Notes under the pieces: generated by a model | Told to the model about the DNA's origin: nothing | The model's input: only the letters and a program-made list of their open reading frames with translations | The model's database searches: none | DNA from: Nemertoderma westbladi | Lineage: Eukaryota > Animalia > Xenacoelomorpha | Direction of reading: 5' to 3' | NCBI GenBank assembly: GCA_032718475.1 | Contig: JAUCBJ010002846.1 | Coordinates: forward strand, 1 to 64,000 | Length of the DNA: 64,000 bases | Program-made: the position numbers and the translations under genes | Shown here: piece by piece, positions 23,401-37,100 of the stretch | Layout: every line of letters starts with the position of its first letter | Position numbering within the stretch: the stretch's first letter is position 1

Positions 23401-26400
23401 CCTGTCAGACACTATTAACCAACCAGACCCCATCGGTGCTGTGTTTCCTTCCTGTCAGACACTATTAACCAACCAGACCTCCTCATCGGTGCTGTGTTTC
23501 CTTCCTGTCAGACACTATTAACTAACCAGACCCCATCGGTGGTATGTTTCCTTCCTGTCAGACACTATTAACCAACCAGACCCCATCGGTGCTGTGTTTC
23601 CTTCCTGTCAGACACTATTAACCAACCAGACACTATTAACCAACCAGACACTATTAACCAACCAGACACTAATAACCAACCAGACCCCATCGGTGGTGTG
23701 TTTCCTTCCTGTCAGACACTATTAACCAACCAGACACTATTAACCAACCAGACACTATTAACCAACCAGACACTATTAACCAACCAGACACTATTAACCA
23801 ACCAGACACTATTAACCAACCAGACACTATTAACCAACCAGACCCCATCGGTGCTGTGTTTCCTTCCTGTCAGACACTATTAACCAACCAGACCCCATCG
23901 GTGCTGTGTTTCCTTCCTGTCAGACACTATTAACCAACCAGACCTCCTCATCGGTGGTGTTCTTCCTTCCTGTCAGACACTATTAACCAACCAGACCCCA
24001 TCGGTGGTGTGTTTCCTTCCTGTCAGACACTATTAACCAACCAGACCCCATCGGTGGTGTGTTTCCTTCCTGTCAGACACTATTAACCAACCAGACCCCA
24101 TCGGTGGTGTGTTTCCTTCCTGTCAGACACTATTAACCAACCAGACCCCATCGGTGGTGTGTTTCCTTCCTGTCAGACACTATTAACCAACCAGACCTCC
24201 TCATCGGTGCTGTGTTTCCTTCCTGTCAGACACTATTAACCAACCAGACCCCATCGGTGGTGTGTTTCCTTCCTGTCAGACACTATTAACCAACCAGACC
24301 CCATCGGTGGTGTGTTTCCTTCCTGTCAGACTCTATTAACCAACCAGACCCCATCGGTGGTGTGTTTCCTTCCTGTCAGACACTATTAACCAACCAGACC
24401 CCATCGGTGCTGTGTTTCCTTCCTGTCAGACACTATTAACCAACCAGACCCCATCGGTGCTGTGTTTCCTTCCTGTCAGACACTATTAACCAACCAGACC
24501 CCATCGGTGCTGTCAGACACTATTAACCAACCAGACCCCATCGGTGGTGTGTTTCCTTCCTGTCAGACACTATTAACCAACCAGACCCCATCGGTGGTGT
24601 GTTTCCTTCCTGTCAGACACTATTAACCAACCAGACCCCATCGGTGGTGTGTTTCCTTCCTGTCAGACACTATTAACCAACCAGACACTATTAACCAACC
24701 AGACACTATTAACCAACCAGACCCCATCGGTGGTGTGTTTCCTTCCTGTCAGACACTATTAACCAACCAGACCCCATCGGTGGTGTGTTTCCTTCCTGTC
24801 AGACACTATTAACCAACCAGACCCCATCGGTGCTGTCAGACACTATTAACGAACCAGACCCCATCGGTGGTGTGTTTCCTTCCTGTCAGACACTATTAAC
24901 CAACTAGACCCCATCGGTGCTGTCAGACACTATTAACCAACCAGACCCCATCGGTGGTGTGTTTCCTTCCTGTCAGACACTATTAACCAACCAGACCCCA
25001 TCGGTGGTGTGTTTCCTTCCTGTCAGACACTATTAACCAACCAGACCTCATCGGTGGTGTGTTTCCTTCCTGTCAGACACTATTAACCAACCAGACCCCA
25101 TCGGTGCTGTGTTTCCTTCCTGTCAGACACTATTAACCAACCAGACACTATTAACCAACCAGACCCCATCGGTGCTGTGTTTCCTTCCTGTCAGACACTA
25201 TTAACCAACCAGACACTATTAACCAACCAGACCCCATCGGTGGTGTGTTTCCTTCCTGTCAGACACTATTAACCAACCAGACCCCATCGGTGGTGTGTTT
25301 CCTTCCTGTCAGACACTATTAACCAACCAGACCCCATCGGTGGTGTGTTTCCTTCCTGTCAGACACTATTAACCAACCAGACCCCATCGGTGGTGTGTTT
25401 CCTTCCTGTCAGACACTATTAACCAACCAGACCCCATCGGTGCTGTGTTTCCTTCCTGTCAGACACTATTAACCAACCAGACCCCATCGGTGGTGTGTTT
25501 CCTTCCTGTCAGACACTATTAACCAACCAGACCCCATCGGTGGTGTGTTTCCTTCCTGTCAGACACTATTAACCAACCAGACCCCATCGGTGGTGTGTTT
25601 CCTTCCTGTCAGACTCTATTAACCAACCAGACCCCATCGGTGGTGTGTTTCCTTCCTGTCAGACACTATTAACCAACCAGACCCCATCGGTGCTGTGTTT
25701 CCTTCCTGTCAGACACTATTAACCAACCAGACCCCATCGGTGGTGTGTTTCCTTCCTGTCAGACACTATTAACCAACCAGACCCCATCGGTGGTGTGTTT
25801 CCTTCCTGTCAGACACTATTAACCAACCAGACCCCATCGGTGGTGTGTTTCCTTCCTGTCAGACACTATTAACCAACCAGACCCCATCGGTGGTGTGTTT
25901 CCTTCCTGTCAGACTCTATTAACCAACCAGACCCCATCGGTGGTGTGTTTCCTTCCTGTCAGACACTATTAACCAACCAGACCCCATCGGTGCTGTGTTT
26001 CCTTCCTGTCAGACACTATTAACCAACCAGACCCCATCGGTGCTGTGTTTCCTTCCTGTCAGACACTATTAACCAACCAGACCCCATCGGTGGTGTGTTT
26101 CCTTCCTGTCAGACACTATTAACCAACCAGACCCCATCGGTGGTGTGTTTCCTTCCTGTCAGACACTATTAACCAACCAGACCCCATCGGTGGTGTGTTT
26201 CCTTCCTGTCAGACACTATTAACCAACCAGACCCCATCGGTGGTGTGTTTCCTTCCTGTCAGACACTATTAACCAACCAGACACTATTAACCAACCAGAC
26301 ACTATTAACCAACCAGACCCCATCGGTGGTGTGTTTCCTTCCTGTCAGACACTATTAACCAACCAGACCCCATCGGTGGTGTGTTTCCTTCCTGTCAGAC

Positions 26401-29006
26401 ACTATTAACCAACCAGACCCCATCGGTGCTGTCAGACACTATTAACCAACCAGACCCCATCGGTGGTGTGTTTCCTTCCTGTCAGACACTATTAACCAAC
26501 CAGACCCCATCGGTGGTGTGTTTCCTTCCTGTCAGACACTATTAACCAACCAGACCCCATCGGTGGTGTGTTTCCTTCCTGTCAGACACTATTAACCAAC
26601 CAGACCCCATCGGTGCTGTGTTTCCTTCCTGTCAGACACTATTAACCAACTAGACCTCATCGGTGGTGTGTTTCCTTCCTGTCAGACACTATTAACCAAC
26701 TAGACCCCATCGGTGGTGTGTTTCCTTCCTGTCAGACACTATTAACCAACCAGACACTATTAACCAACCAGACCCCATCGGTGGTGTGTTTCCTTCCTGT
26801 CAGACACTATTAACCAACCAGACCCCATCGGTGGTGTGTTTCCTTCCTGTCAGACACTATTAACCAACCAGACCCCATCGGTGCTGTGTTTCCTTCCTGT
26901 CAGACACTATTAACCAACCAGACCCCATCGGTGGTGTGTTTCCTTCCTGTCAGACACTATTAACCAACCAGACCCCATCGGTGGTGTGTTTCCTTCCTGT
27001 CAGACTCTATTAACCAACCAGACCCCATCGGTGGTGTGTTTCCTTCCTGTCAGACACTATTAACCAACCAGACCCCATCGGTGGTGTGTTTCCTTCCTGT
27101 CAGACACTATTAACTAACCAGACACTATTAACCAACCAGACACTATTAACCAACCAGACCCCATCGGTGGTGTGTTTCCTTCCTGTCAGACACTATTAAC
27201 CAACCAGACCCCATCGGTGGTGTGTTTCCTTCCTGTCAGACACTATTAACCAACCAGACCCCATCGGTGCTGTGTTTCCTTCCTGTCAGACACTATTAAC
27301 CAACCAGACCCCATCGGTGCTGTGTTTCCTTCCTGTCAGACACTATTAACCAACCAGACCCCATCGGTGGTGTGTTTCCTTCCTGTCAGACACTATTAAC
27401 CAACCAGACCCCATCGGTGGTGTGTTTCCTTCCTGTCAGACACTATTAACCAACCAGACCCCATCGGTGGTGTGTTTCCTTCCTGTCAGACACTATTAAC
27501 CAACCAGACCCCATCGGTGCTGTCAGACACTATTAACCAACCAGACCCCATCGGTGGTGTGTTTCCTTCCTGTCAGACACTATTAACCAACCAGACCCCA
27601 TCGGTGGTGTGTTTCCTTCCTGTCAGACACTATTAACCAACCAGACCCCATCGGTGGTGTGTTTCCTTCCTGTCAGACACTATTAACCAACCAGACACTA
27701 TTAACCAACCAGACACTATTAACCAACCAGACCCCATCGGTGGTGTGTTTCCTTCCTGTCAGACACTATTAACTAACCAGACCCCATCGGTGGTGTGTTT
27801 CCTTCCTGTCAGACACTATTAACCAACCAGACCCCATCGGTGCTGTCAGACACTATTAACCAACCAGACCCCATCGGTGGTGTGTTTCCTTCCTGTCAGA
27901 CACTATTAACCAACCAGACCCCATCGGTGGTGTGTTTCCTTCCTGTCAGACACTATTAACCAACCAGACCTCATCGGTGGTGTGTTTCCTTCCTGTCAGA
28001 CACTATTAACCAACTAGACCCCATCGGTGGTGTGTTTCCTTCCTGTCAGACACTATTAACCAACCAGACACTATTAACCAACCAGACCCCATCGGTGGTG
28101 TGTTTCCTTCCTGTCAGACACTATTAACCAACCAGACCCCATCGGTGGTGTGTTTCCTTCCTGTCAGACACTATTAACCAACCAGACCCCATCGGTGGTG
28201 TGTTTCCTTCCTGTCAGACACTATTAACCAACCAGACCCCATCGGTGGTGTGTTTCCTTCCTGTCAGACACTATTAACCAACCAGACCCCATCGGTGCTG
28301 TGTTTCCTTCCTGTCAGACACTATTAACCAACCAGACCCCATCGGTGGTGTGTTTCCTTCCTGTCAGACACTATTAACCAACCAGACCCCATCGGTGGTG
28401 TGTTTCCTTCCTGTCAGACACTATTAACCAACCAGACCCCATCGGTGGTGTGTTTCCTTCCTGTCAGACACTATTAACCAACTAGACCCCATCGGTGGTG
28501 TGTTTCCTTCCTGTCAGACACTATTAACCAACCAGACCCCATCGGTGCTGTGTTTCCTTCCTGTCAGACACTATTAACCAACCAGACCCCATCGGTGGTG
28601 TGTTTCCTTCCTGTCAGACACTATTAACCAACCAGACCCCATCGGTGGTGTGTTTCCTTCCTGTCAGACACTATTAACCAACTAGACCCCATTGGTGGTG
28701 TGTTTCCTTCCTGTCAGACACTATTAACTAACCAGACACTATTAACCAACCAGACCCCATCGGTGGTGTGTTTCCTTCCTGTCAGACACTATTTATTTAT
28801 TTATTTATGCCAGGCAAAGAACACCCATATCACATTGATTTAAACAACAGACATAATGATTAACAAATTATAATAATATAGCTAGGTATGGTGGGGTGGG
28901 GCCCCGAGCAGGGAAGCACAAACTGCAATGAATAAAGAAAATCAATACAAAACAAAACAAAATAAACAAAATAACAAAACAAAACAAAATAAACGATTTG
29001 GACCTC

Positions 29007-31112
29007 CTAATGGCTGTCCAAGGAACACCGACCAATCAGACGGCTTGTCTGGAACGTCACCATGGCCACACTCTGCACAATACTATTCTGAGACGAGTTC
29101 ACGCGATGCAACAGTGATACCCGCGCATTGTGAAGGACATGAATGAGTTTCGGCAGATTTAATGCACCACACATGTATGATACACTAGAGTCATACCGAA
29201 ATCCAAACAATTTTCTAATTATATTGTTGTAGGCCACCCTAAACTTGTTGTACGTTGCAATGGAGTAATTACTTCGAGCCCACAACGAGCTGCAATAAAC
29301 TTGCGTACAAAATGAGCGAAAAAGTTTCACTTTAACGTCCCGAGAACTGTAGCTGAATTTACGAATGAGGAAATTACCCCTACGATATAAACTCGATAGC
29401 TGATTTAGAATGTCATAATTGTCATCGGTGGTAGAGTGAAATATATGACCTAAGTACTTAAATTTTGTAACTGTCTCAATAGCCTTACCATTTATCGATA
29501 TATATTTAACTAAATCGTTGTTACTAGATTTCGGTATGTATCGCATAAACTTAGATTTCTTCATATTAATCACAATAGAGTGCCTGTCGGCATAACTCGT
29601 GAAAGTGTCAATCAACTTATTTAAACCAGCTATCGAGTTTGATGCTAAAGATAAGTCATCAGCATACAAAAGATGATTTGATCTCTTATTATTTAATTTA
29701 CAACCTACGTTTGTATTAGTTAACTCTACACTTAAGTCGTCCATATATATAGCATAGAAGTAGGCCGATAAAATACCCCCTTGTTTCGTGCCGTTAGTGA
29801 CTGCAAACGAGTTAGATATACAACCCCCCCATCGTATACTAAGAACTTGAAACCGGTACCAATATCGAACTATCCTAATGTAAAACAGAGGAATGTTACG
29901 TTTAATTAATTTATCAAATAACTTGTAATGGTTAACCAGATCGAAAGCCTTTGAGGAATCTATGAAACATATGTACACCGCACTGTCATTTTCTAAATAG
30001 TATTGTATGGTTTCTTTTAAAGCGAAAACGCATAATTCAGTACCTAAATTACTTTTAAATCCAAACTGAGAGTCTGTAGTATTCAGTTTAGAACTGAAAC
30101 GTTCAAGCATAACTAGCTCCAAAACTTTGCTACTTATAGTTGCAAGGGCTATGCCTCTATAATTATCAAAATGTGTGATATCATCATTTTTGTCCTTCAC
30201 GATGGGCAAAATATTGCATAGCATGAACTCGTCATTCATATGACCATGAACATTGAAAGTACTGTACAGAGCCGCCAGGCGGCGGAACAGACGCGCGGTG
30301 CCATGGATATAGTGTTCGCTGGACAGACCATCAGGTCCAATTTTTCCGGGAGACAACCTACCTACAGCAACAGCTACCTCTACATCAGAAACCAACATAT
30401 CATTGCTAAATTCAATATTACTGAAAATAGATTCAATGTCGTGCTTGCCGGAGTCATCATTTACTTTATTGTATAAGTTTTTTAATCTTTCCTTAAAGGC
30501 GTCACATATATATTTTTCGCCCACAGCATCGCCAACTTTACTGGACAGCGGTACGTGTGCACTGCAGTGCTTTTTAACATTAGCCCAAAAGTCATTTTGA
30601 TTACTCGAATATAATGACTCCGCAAGTTTATCAGCGCGTATACCATTAGCATTGCGCTTACACTGTTTAAGTGCGCGTTTAAATTCTAACTTGGACTGAT
30701 AATAATCAAAAAGAATAGGACCTGCTCGGGGACACCCGTTAGTACGCCAAATTCTAAAAAATAATCTTGACCTATCATACAATGATTTAACATAATCATT
30801 CCATCCCGGGACAGCATTAAACTTTGAGTTCACTGAACCTTTCTTTTTCGGAATAGTGCGCTCAGAGGCTAGATGCAATGCACCAACAATATCACAGTAT
30901 AAATTGTTTATTGCACTTAAGTGATCAGGATTAGTACATTGAGCATCTGCACAGTTAGATACAGTATCAGGGACTACAATTGTATTTAAGAGACTGTTCA
31001 AGACTGATTGATATTCATTGATATTAGTTGCATTGGCATTATTCCAATCGCATTTGTTACCTGCACACGTTCTATTACTAGTATTACTATGAATATTAGG
31101 TTCAGGGGCCAC
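29007..31112 (-). CDS. LINE ORF2 reverse transcriptase (truncated copy 1)
   Basis: RT motifs NYRGIAL, QFGF, FIDSSKAFD, QGGILS, YADD, FKYLG. Confidence 0.92.
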   Translation of the reverse strand: MAPEPNIHSNTSNRTCAGNKCDWNNANATNINEYQSVLNSLLNTIVVPDTVSNCADAQCTNPDHLSAINNLYCDIVGALHLASERTIPKKKGSVNSKFNAVPGWNDYVKSLYDRSRLFFRIWRTNGCPRAGPILFDYYQSKLEFKRALKQCKRNANGIRADKLAESLYSSNQNDFWANVKKHCSAHVPLSSKVGDAVGEKYICDAFKERLKNLYNKVNDDSGKHDIESIFSNIEFSNDMLVSDVEVAVAVGRLSPGKIGPDGLSSEHYIHGTARLFRRLAALYSTFNVHGHMNDEFMLCNILPIVKDKNDDITHFDNYRGIALATISSKVLELVMLERFSSKLNTTDSQFGFKSNLGTELCVFALKETIQYYLENDSAVYICFIDSSKAFDLVNHYKLFDKLIKRNIPLFYIRIVRYWYRFQVLSIRWGGCISNSFAVTNGTKQGGILSAYFYAIYMDDLSVELTNTNVGCKLNNKRSNHLLYADDLSLASNSIAGLNKLIDTFTSYADRHSIVINMKKSKFMRYIPKSSNNDLVKYISINGKAIETVTKFKYLGHIFHSTTDDNYDILNQLSSLYRRGNFLIRKFSYSSRDVKVKLFRSFCTQVYCSSLWARSNYSIATYNKFRVAYNNIIRKLFGFRYDSSVSYMCGALNLPKLIHVLHNARVSLLHRVNSSQNSIVQSVAMVTFQTSRLIGRCSLDSH

Positions 31113-31113
31113 C

Positions 31114-34109
31114 GAGAGAAAGCCGCCCCAATATTAGATTATAACAACAACATTTCCATTGGGTAAGAAAGTGGAGAAGAGCCAGGCCCGACTCTCAATT
31201 TTTTAGTTTATATTACGCGATCAATTTTCACTCATCTCGTCATGAACACAACATGTATGTAAACTTTTGATAAATTTGTTGGCTATGCGTTTGCGGCTGT
31301 TTGGGCGGGGTGTGGTAGGCCTACACTTTTCACACTGAAACATTTTGGTTGTGAAATGTTCAGGGCACAGCGATCAGAGATATTTCATATATATTTTATT
31401 ATGAGAGGAAGAAGAACATACAACGTTATTTACTATATTATATGTAACGAAATAATTGTTTTTGGGTTTGGAAGCCTCCCCAAAGAGTTGATATACGATT
31501 ATATTTAAAATTATGGTCATTCACCCGTCTTTAATTAGAAATTTGTTTGCATGAAAGACAGTTTAGTTTGGTTTTTACTGATTATTATCTCTTATCTGAC
31601 TGGGGTAATAATAAAGGATAGGATAAATGGAAGCAAAGTGTGACAGTAACAATTATTTCCCTGACAACCGAGCATGTCTTAAGTATACGATATCTAAAAG
31701 GGGGAAGTTTGGATTCACTGCATAAATGCAGTTCACCAAACTTCCCCCGAATGCGCACTGTAACTTCCCCCTTCCCCCAAATATCCACTGTTGAATTAAT
31801 TTGAAGCGATATAATAAGTACAAAATTGTGCGAGTTTTTAATTGTGTGGTCCATTTGTTATTTGATCTCTATTTATTGTTTAAAGTGCATTTAATATCAC
31901 ACTGGTTTTTTAGAATATTACAACCTTATGTTTTATTTATTAACCCAATCGAAGCCTTAATAAGGGCCGCTTATTTGTACGCATATCCCTAATGCGCTCA
32001 GTATGAGCCAAACAACAAATTAATATGAAAATAAAGTATCTGCAAAGAAAAGAACCCAATGCTATATAATTTGACCTTATTAAAAAATTTGCACTTTTGC
32101 ACACTTATTTGTACAAGTGCACTTCAGCAGATCGTAATGGTGGTTCTTATTTAACAAACTTATGTTTATCCTCTACCGATCTACGATGGTGTATGATCAA
32201 GTGTCAGTCACTAAAAGGGTAAAAAATCTAATTTAATAAATCGCGACATTTGCGATTTTGGACCATATTCATGGGCATTTTAAGTCACTTTATATACATA
32301 AAAAGTTAAACAAATGTTACGATTATAGTTAGAAATCACTCCAAACTACATTTTAATCCAAAAAATAACATTCTACGATGAATGGAACTGGAAATAATAG
32401 TGTTTGAAATATCGAAAAAATGTGTACTTTTTAAGTGCATTATGCACTAAGTGCACATGCGTCTTTTCCCAAGTTGTATCCTATTTCACACACTACAATC
32501 TATCCTCTATCCAATGAAAAAAGTTTCAGATCAAACGGCCTAGTAGAACAGAAGTTATTGATGTTTAAAAATAATCACTCGAAAATTTCAAATTCTCTTG
32601 GTCACGTAGTCTAGTGGTAATCAATCACGTTAACGATACTTAAGTTCGTGGGTTCGAAACCTAATATGACCATTCTTAATTTTTTGCAAAAAAAAATATT
32701 TTTAATTTTTGACTAAATTTCGGTTCTGGTGCTCCAAATTCAATAAAATTGGTATATTCTTTGCCGTAATTTTTTTTCTATCTTTTGAGAGGGGGTATTT
32801 TTGGCCCCAAAAAAAATTAAAAAAAAGGGCCAAAATTACGCGATATTTTTCGACCCTTAAAACTCGTTATTTTAATTATAAATGTTAAGAAAAAAGATAG
32901 TGGAGTTAATTTGCTACATTTTACAGGAACTTTTGGCGCAAAAAGTTAAATTATAATGTAATGGCGATTTATTAAAAAAAAATTTTTAAATTTTTTCGTC
33001 CCTTTTTTATAAGTAGTATATTTCTACGATCGTCTGCCGCTTCAGTTATATAATAGCTATGGCGCTGTAACTACCGTTGAAAGATAGATAATTTGACGCT
33101 CTATAAGACTGTTTAAATAAGTCTCCCAGACCTTATGTATTTTTCGAGCTAGACGAGTTCCCGCGAAGCGAGTTTGAAGCGTGAAATTATAATTTGAGCC
33201 CTAATTTTTTTAATATCGTTTGCGCGGCAAAACCAATCGAATATTTGGATTCCCCGTATCGATATTAACCGTATAAAATGTACTTTAACCTTCAAGAGTC
33301 AAAAATAAAAAAGTTGTTAGTTATAAACTTTTTATTATTTTCTGGCCCTTTTTGGACCCCTTTGCCTACATATTTTTTGTACCCCCATTCGATAGGAATG
33401 TAGCCCCTGTGGTCTTCTACGCTTTCCGAAAAAGAATTGGCAGATTCCTACTAGCGTTGTCAAATTAAAAATTTTGGAAATAATAATTATGTAAAAAAGA
33501 TGGAAAAAACGGACAAAGTTACGGCCCCTTTTTCCACACGAAATATTAATAAATATCTTACCCCCATTCGATACGAAGGTAGTACCACTCTTCCCCTTTC
33601 CAACCGCGTTAATTTCGTCCCCGTACGATTAATATTAGCCGAGTCAGAGCGGATCCCGCAAAGCCATTTTGTCCGTTTTTTCAACTTTGACGGACAATTT
33701 CGGGAAAAAGGCGTGGTAATCTTTTTTGAAAATAAAAACGAATTCACTAATTAATCCCTTCTATCGTATCCCGGCGTCGGTTAAGCAATAACCTAGGGTT
33801 TTTTCGAGCCACTGTAGAGCGCCTTTCAAAAAATTTTTAAGATTGTCAAAAAAATGACGGTTTTTTGTCCGCCGTGTCCGTCGAAGGGTTATATTTAATA
33901 ATGTTAGAGTTGCTAATATCTTAGAATTCCGAGTCGCTCCCCTGGTGCGAAAATAAAAAAAATTGGTCTGTTCCTTCATCGAAAAGTCCCCCAGAATCCC
34001 AAGTTAACCTATATAGTTAGCGATGGCCTGCGGCTTTAGGAGCGGCCGCGGTATTCACCTCCCTCATAGCGGCCGCGGCGGTGTTGCGTCAAATGGAGAA
34101 ATATTTATC
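31114..34109. mobile_element. Unclassified 2996-bp non-coding insertion flanked by a CCACC target-site duplication
   Basis: Empty site in LINE copy 2 reads GGGGCCACCAAGAAATC; CCACC is duplicated at 31109-31113 and 34110-34114. Confidence 0.85.
32600..32672 (+). pseudogene. tRNA-like remnant / SINE head with Pol III A and B boxes
   Basis: 73 nt; GGTCACG..TATGACCA acceptor-like stem, TAGTCTAGTGGT A box, GGTTCGAAACC B box; anticodon arm degenerate. Confidence 0.5.
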
Positions 34110-37100
34110 CCACCAAGAAATCAAAGTAACAGGTAAAGGGCATGTGGTCAGTAATGCTTAAATCGTAATTAATTGTAACATTACTTAGCAATGGAGAGAC
34201 ACTGCCAGAGCATACAATGTGGTCTAACCACGAACACGAATTGTGAGCAGCGCTATTGACCTCCTCTATTGAGTGTCAGACACTATTAACCAACCAGACC
34301 CCATCGGTGGTGTGTTTCCTTCCTGTCAGACACTATTAACCAACCAGACCCCATCGGTGGTGTGTTTCCTTCCTGTCAGACACTATTAACCAACCAGACC
34401 CCATCGGTGGTGTGTTTCCTTCCTGTCAGACACTATTAACCAACCAGACCCCATCGGTGCTGTGTTTCCTTCCTGTCAGACACTATTAACCAACCAGACC
34501 CCATCGGTGCTGTGTTTCCTTCCTGTCAGACACTATTAACCAACCAGACCCCATCGGTGGTGTGTTTCCTTCCTGTCAGACACTATTAACCAACTAGACA
34601 CTATTAACCAACCAGACCCCATCGGTGGTGTGTTTCCTTCCCCTGTCAGACACTATTAACCAACTAGACACTATTAACCAACCAGACCCCATCGGTGGTG
34701 TGTTTCCTTCCTGTCAGACACTATTAACCAACCAGACCCCATCGGTGGTGTGTTTCCTTCCTGTCAGACACTATTAACCAACCAGACCCCATCGGTGCTG
34801 TGTTTCCTTCCTGTCAGACACTATTAACCAACCAGACCCCATCGGTGCTGTGTTTCCTTCCTGTCAGACACTATTAACCAACCAGACCCCATCGGTGCTG
34901 TGTTTCCTTCCTGTCAGACACTATTAACCAACCAGACCCCATCGGTGCTGTGTTTCCTTCCTGTCAGACACTATTAACCAACCAGACCCCATCGGTGCTG
35001 TGTTTCCTTCCTGTCAGACACTATTAACCAACCAGACCCCATCGGTGGTGTGTTTCCTTCCTGTCAGACACTATTAACCAACCAGACCCCATCGGTGGTG
35101 TGTTTCCTTCCTGTCAGACACTATTAACCAACCAGACCCCATCGGTGATGTGTTTCCTACCTGTCAGACACTATTAACCAACCAGACCCCATCGGTGCTG
35201 TCAGACACTATTAACCAACCAGACCCCATCGGTGGTGTGTTTCCTTCCTGTCAGACACTATTAACCAACCAGACCCCATCGGTGGTGTGTTTCCTTCCTG
35301 TCAGACACTATTAACCAACCAGACCCCATCGGTGGTGTGTTTCCTTCCTGTCAGACACTATTAACCAACCAGACACTATTAACCAACCAGACCCCATCGG
35401 TGGTGTGTTTTCTTCCTGTCAGACACTATTAACCAACCAGACCCCATCGGTGGTGTGTTTCCTTCCTGTCAGACACTATTAACCAACGAGACCCCATCGG
35501 TGGTGTGTTTCCTTCCTGTCAGACACTATTAACCAACTAGACCCCATTGGTGGTGTGTTTCCTTCCTGTCAGACACTATTAACCAACTAGACCCCATCGG
35601 TGGTGTGTTTCCTTCCTGTCATACACTATTAACCAACCAGACACTATTAACCAACCAGACCCCATCGGTGGTGTGTTTCCTTCCTGTCAGACACTATTAA
35701 CCAACTAGACCCCATCGGTGGTGTGTTTCCTTCCTGTCAGACACTATTAACCAACCAGACCCCATCGGTGGTGTGTTTCCTTCCTGTCAGACACTATTAA
35801 CCAACCAGACCCCATCGGTGGTGTGTTTCCTTCCTGTCAGACACTATTAACCAACCAGACCCCATCGGTGGTGTGTTTCCTTCCTGTCAGACACTATTAA
35901 CCAACCAGACCCCATCGGTGCTGTGTTTCCTTCCTGTCAGACACTATTAACCAACCAGACCCCATCGGTGGTGTGTTTCCTTCCTGTCAGACACTATTAA
36001 CCAACCAGACCCCATCGGTGGTGTGTTTCCTTCCTGTCAGACACTATTAACTAACCAGACCCCATCGGTGGTGTGTTTCCTTCCTGTCAGACACTATTAA
36101 CCAACCAGACCCCATCGGTGCTGTGTTTCCTTCCTGTCAGACACTATTAACCAACCAGACCCCATCGGTGCTGTGTTTCCTTCCTGTCAGACACTATTAA
36201 CCAACCAGACCCCATCGGTGGTGTGTTTCCTTCCTGTCAGACACTATTAACTAACCAGACCCCATCGGTGGTGTGTTTCCTTCCTGTCAGACACTATTAA
36301 CCAACCAGACCCCATCGGTGGTGTGTTTCCTTCCTGTCAGACACTATTAACCAACCAGACCCCATCGGTGGTGTGTTTCCTTCCTGTCAGACACTATTAA
36401 CTAACCAGACCCCATCGGTGGTGTGTTTCCTTCCTGTCAGACACTATTAACCAACCAGACCCCATCGGTGGTGTGTTTCCTTCCTGTCAGACACTATTAA
36501 CCAACCAGACCCCATCGGTGCTGTGTTTCCTTCCTGTCAGACACTATTAACCAACCAGACCCCATCGGTGCTGTGTTTCCTTCCTGTCAGACACTATTAA
36601 CCAACCAGACCCCATCGGTGGTGTGTTTCCTTCCTGTCAGACACTATTAACCAACCAGACCCCATTGGTGGTGTGTTTCCTTCCTGTCAGACACTATTAA
36701 CCAACCAGACCCCATCGGTGGTGTGTTTCCTTCATGTCAGACACTATTAACCAACCAGACACTATTAACCAACCAGACCCCATCGGTGGTGTGTTTCCTT
36801 CATGTCAGACACTATTAACCAACCAGACACTATTAACCAACCAGACCCCATCGGTGGTGTGTTTCCTTCATGTCAGACACTATTAACCAACCAGACACTA
36901 TTAACCAACCAGACCCCATCGGTGGTGTGTTTCCTTCATGTCAGACACTATTAACCAACCAGACACTATTAACCAACCAGACCCCATCGGTGGTGTGTTT
37001 CCTTCCTGTCAGACACTATTAACCAACCAGACCCCATCAGTGGTGTGTTTCCTTCCTGTCAGACACTATTAACCAACCAGACATTATTAACCAACCAGAC

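Larger units (their letters stand above)
28791..34273 (-). mobile_element. 5'-truncated non-LTR retrotransposon (probably RTE-X-like), copy 1, interrupted by a 3-kb insertion
   Basis: (TAAA)n tail at ~28791-28807; TSD TGTCAGACACTATT within the satellite monomer; RT ORF 29007-31112; 5' remainder 34110-34273. Confidence 0.92.

Noticed and set aside
32600-32672. Functional tRNA gene
   Set aside because: D and anticodon stems do not pair properly; kept only as a tRNA-like remnant
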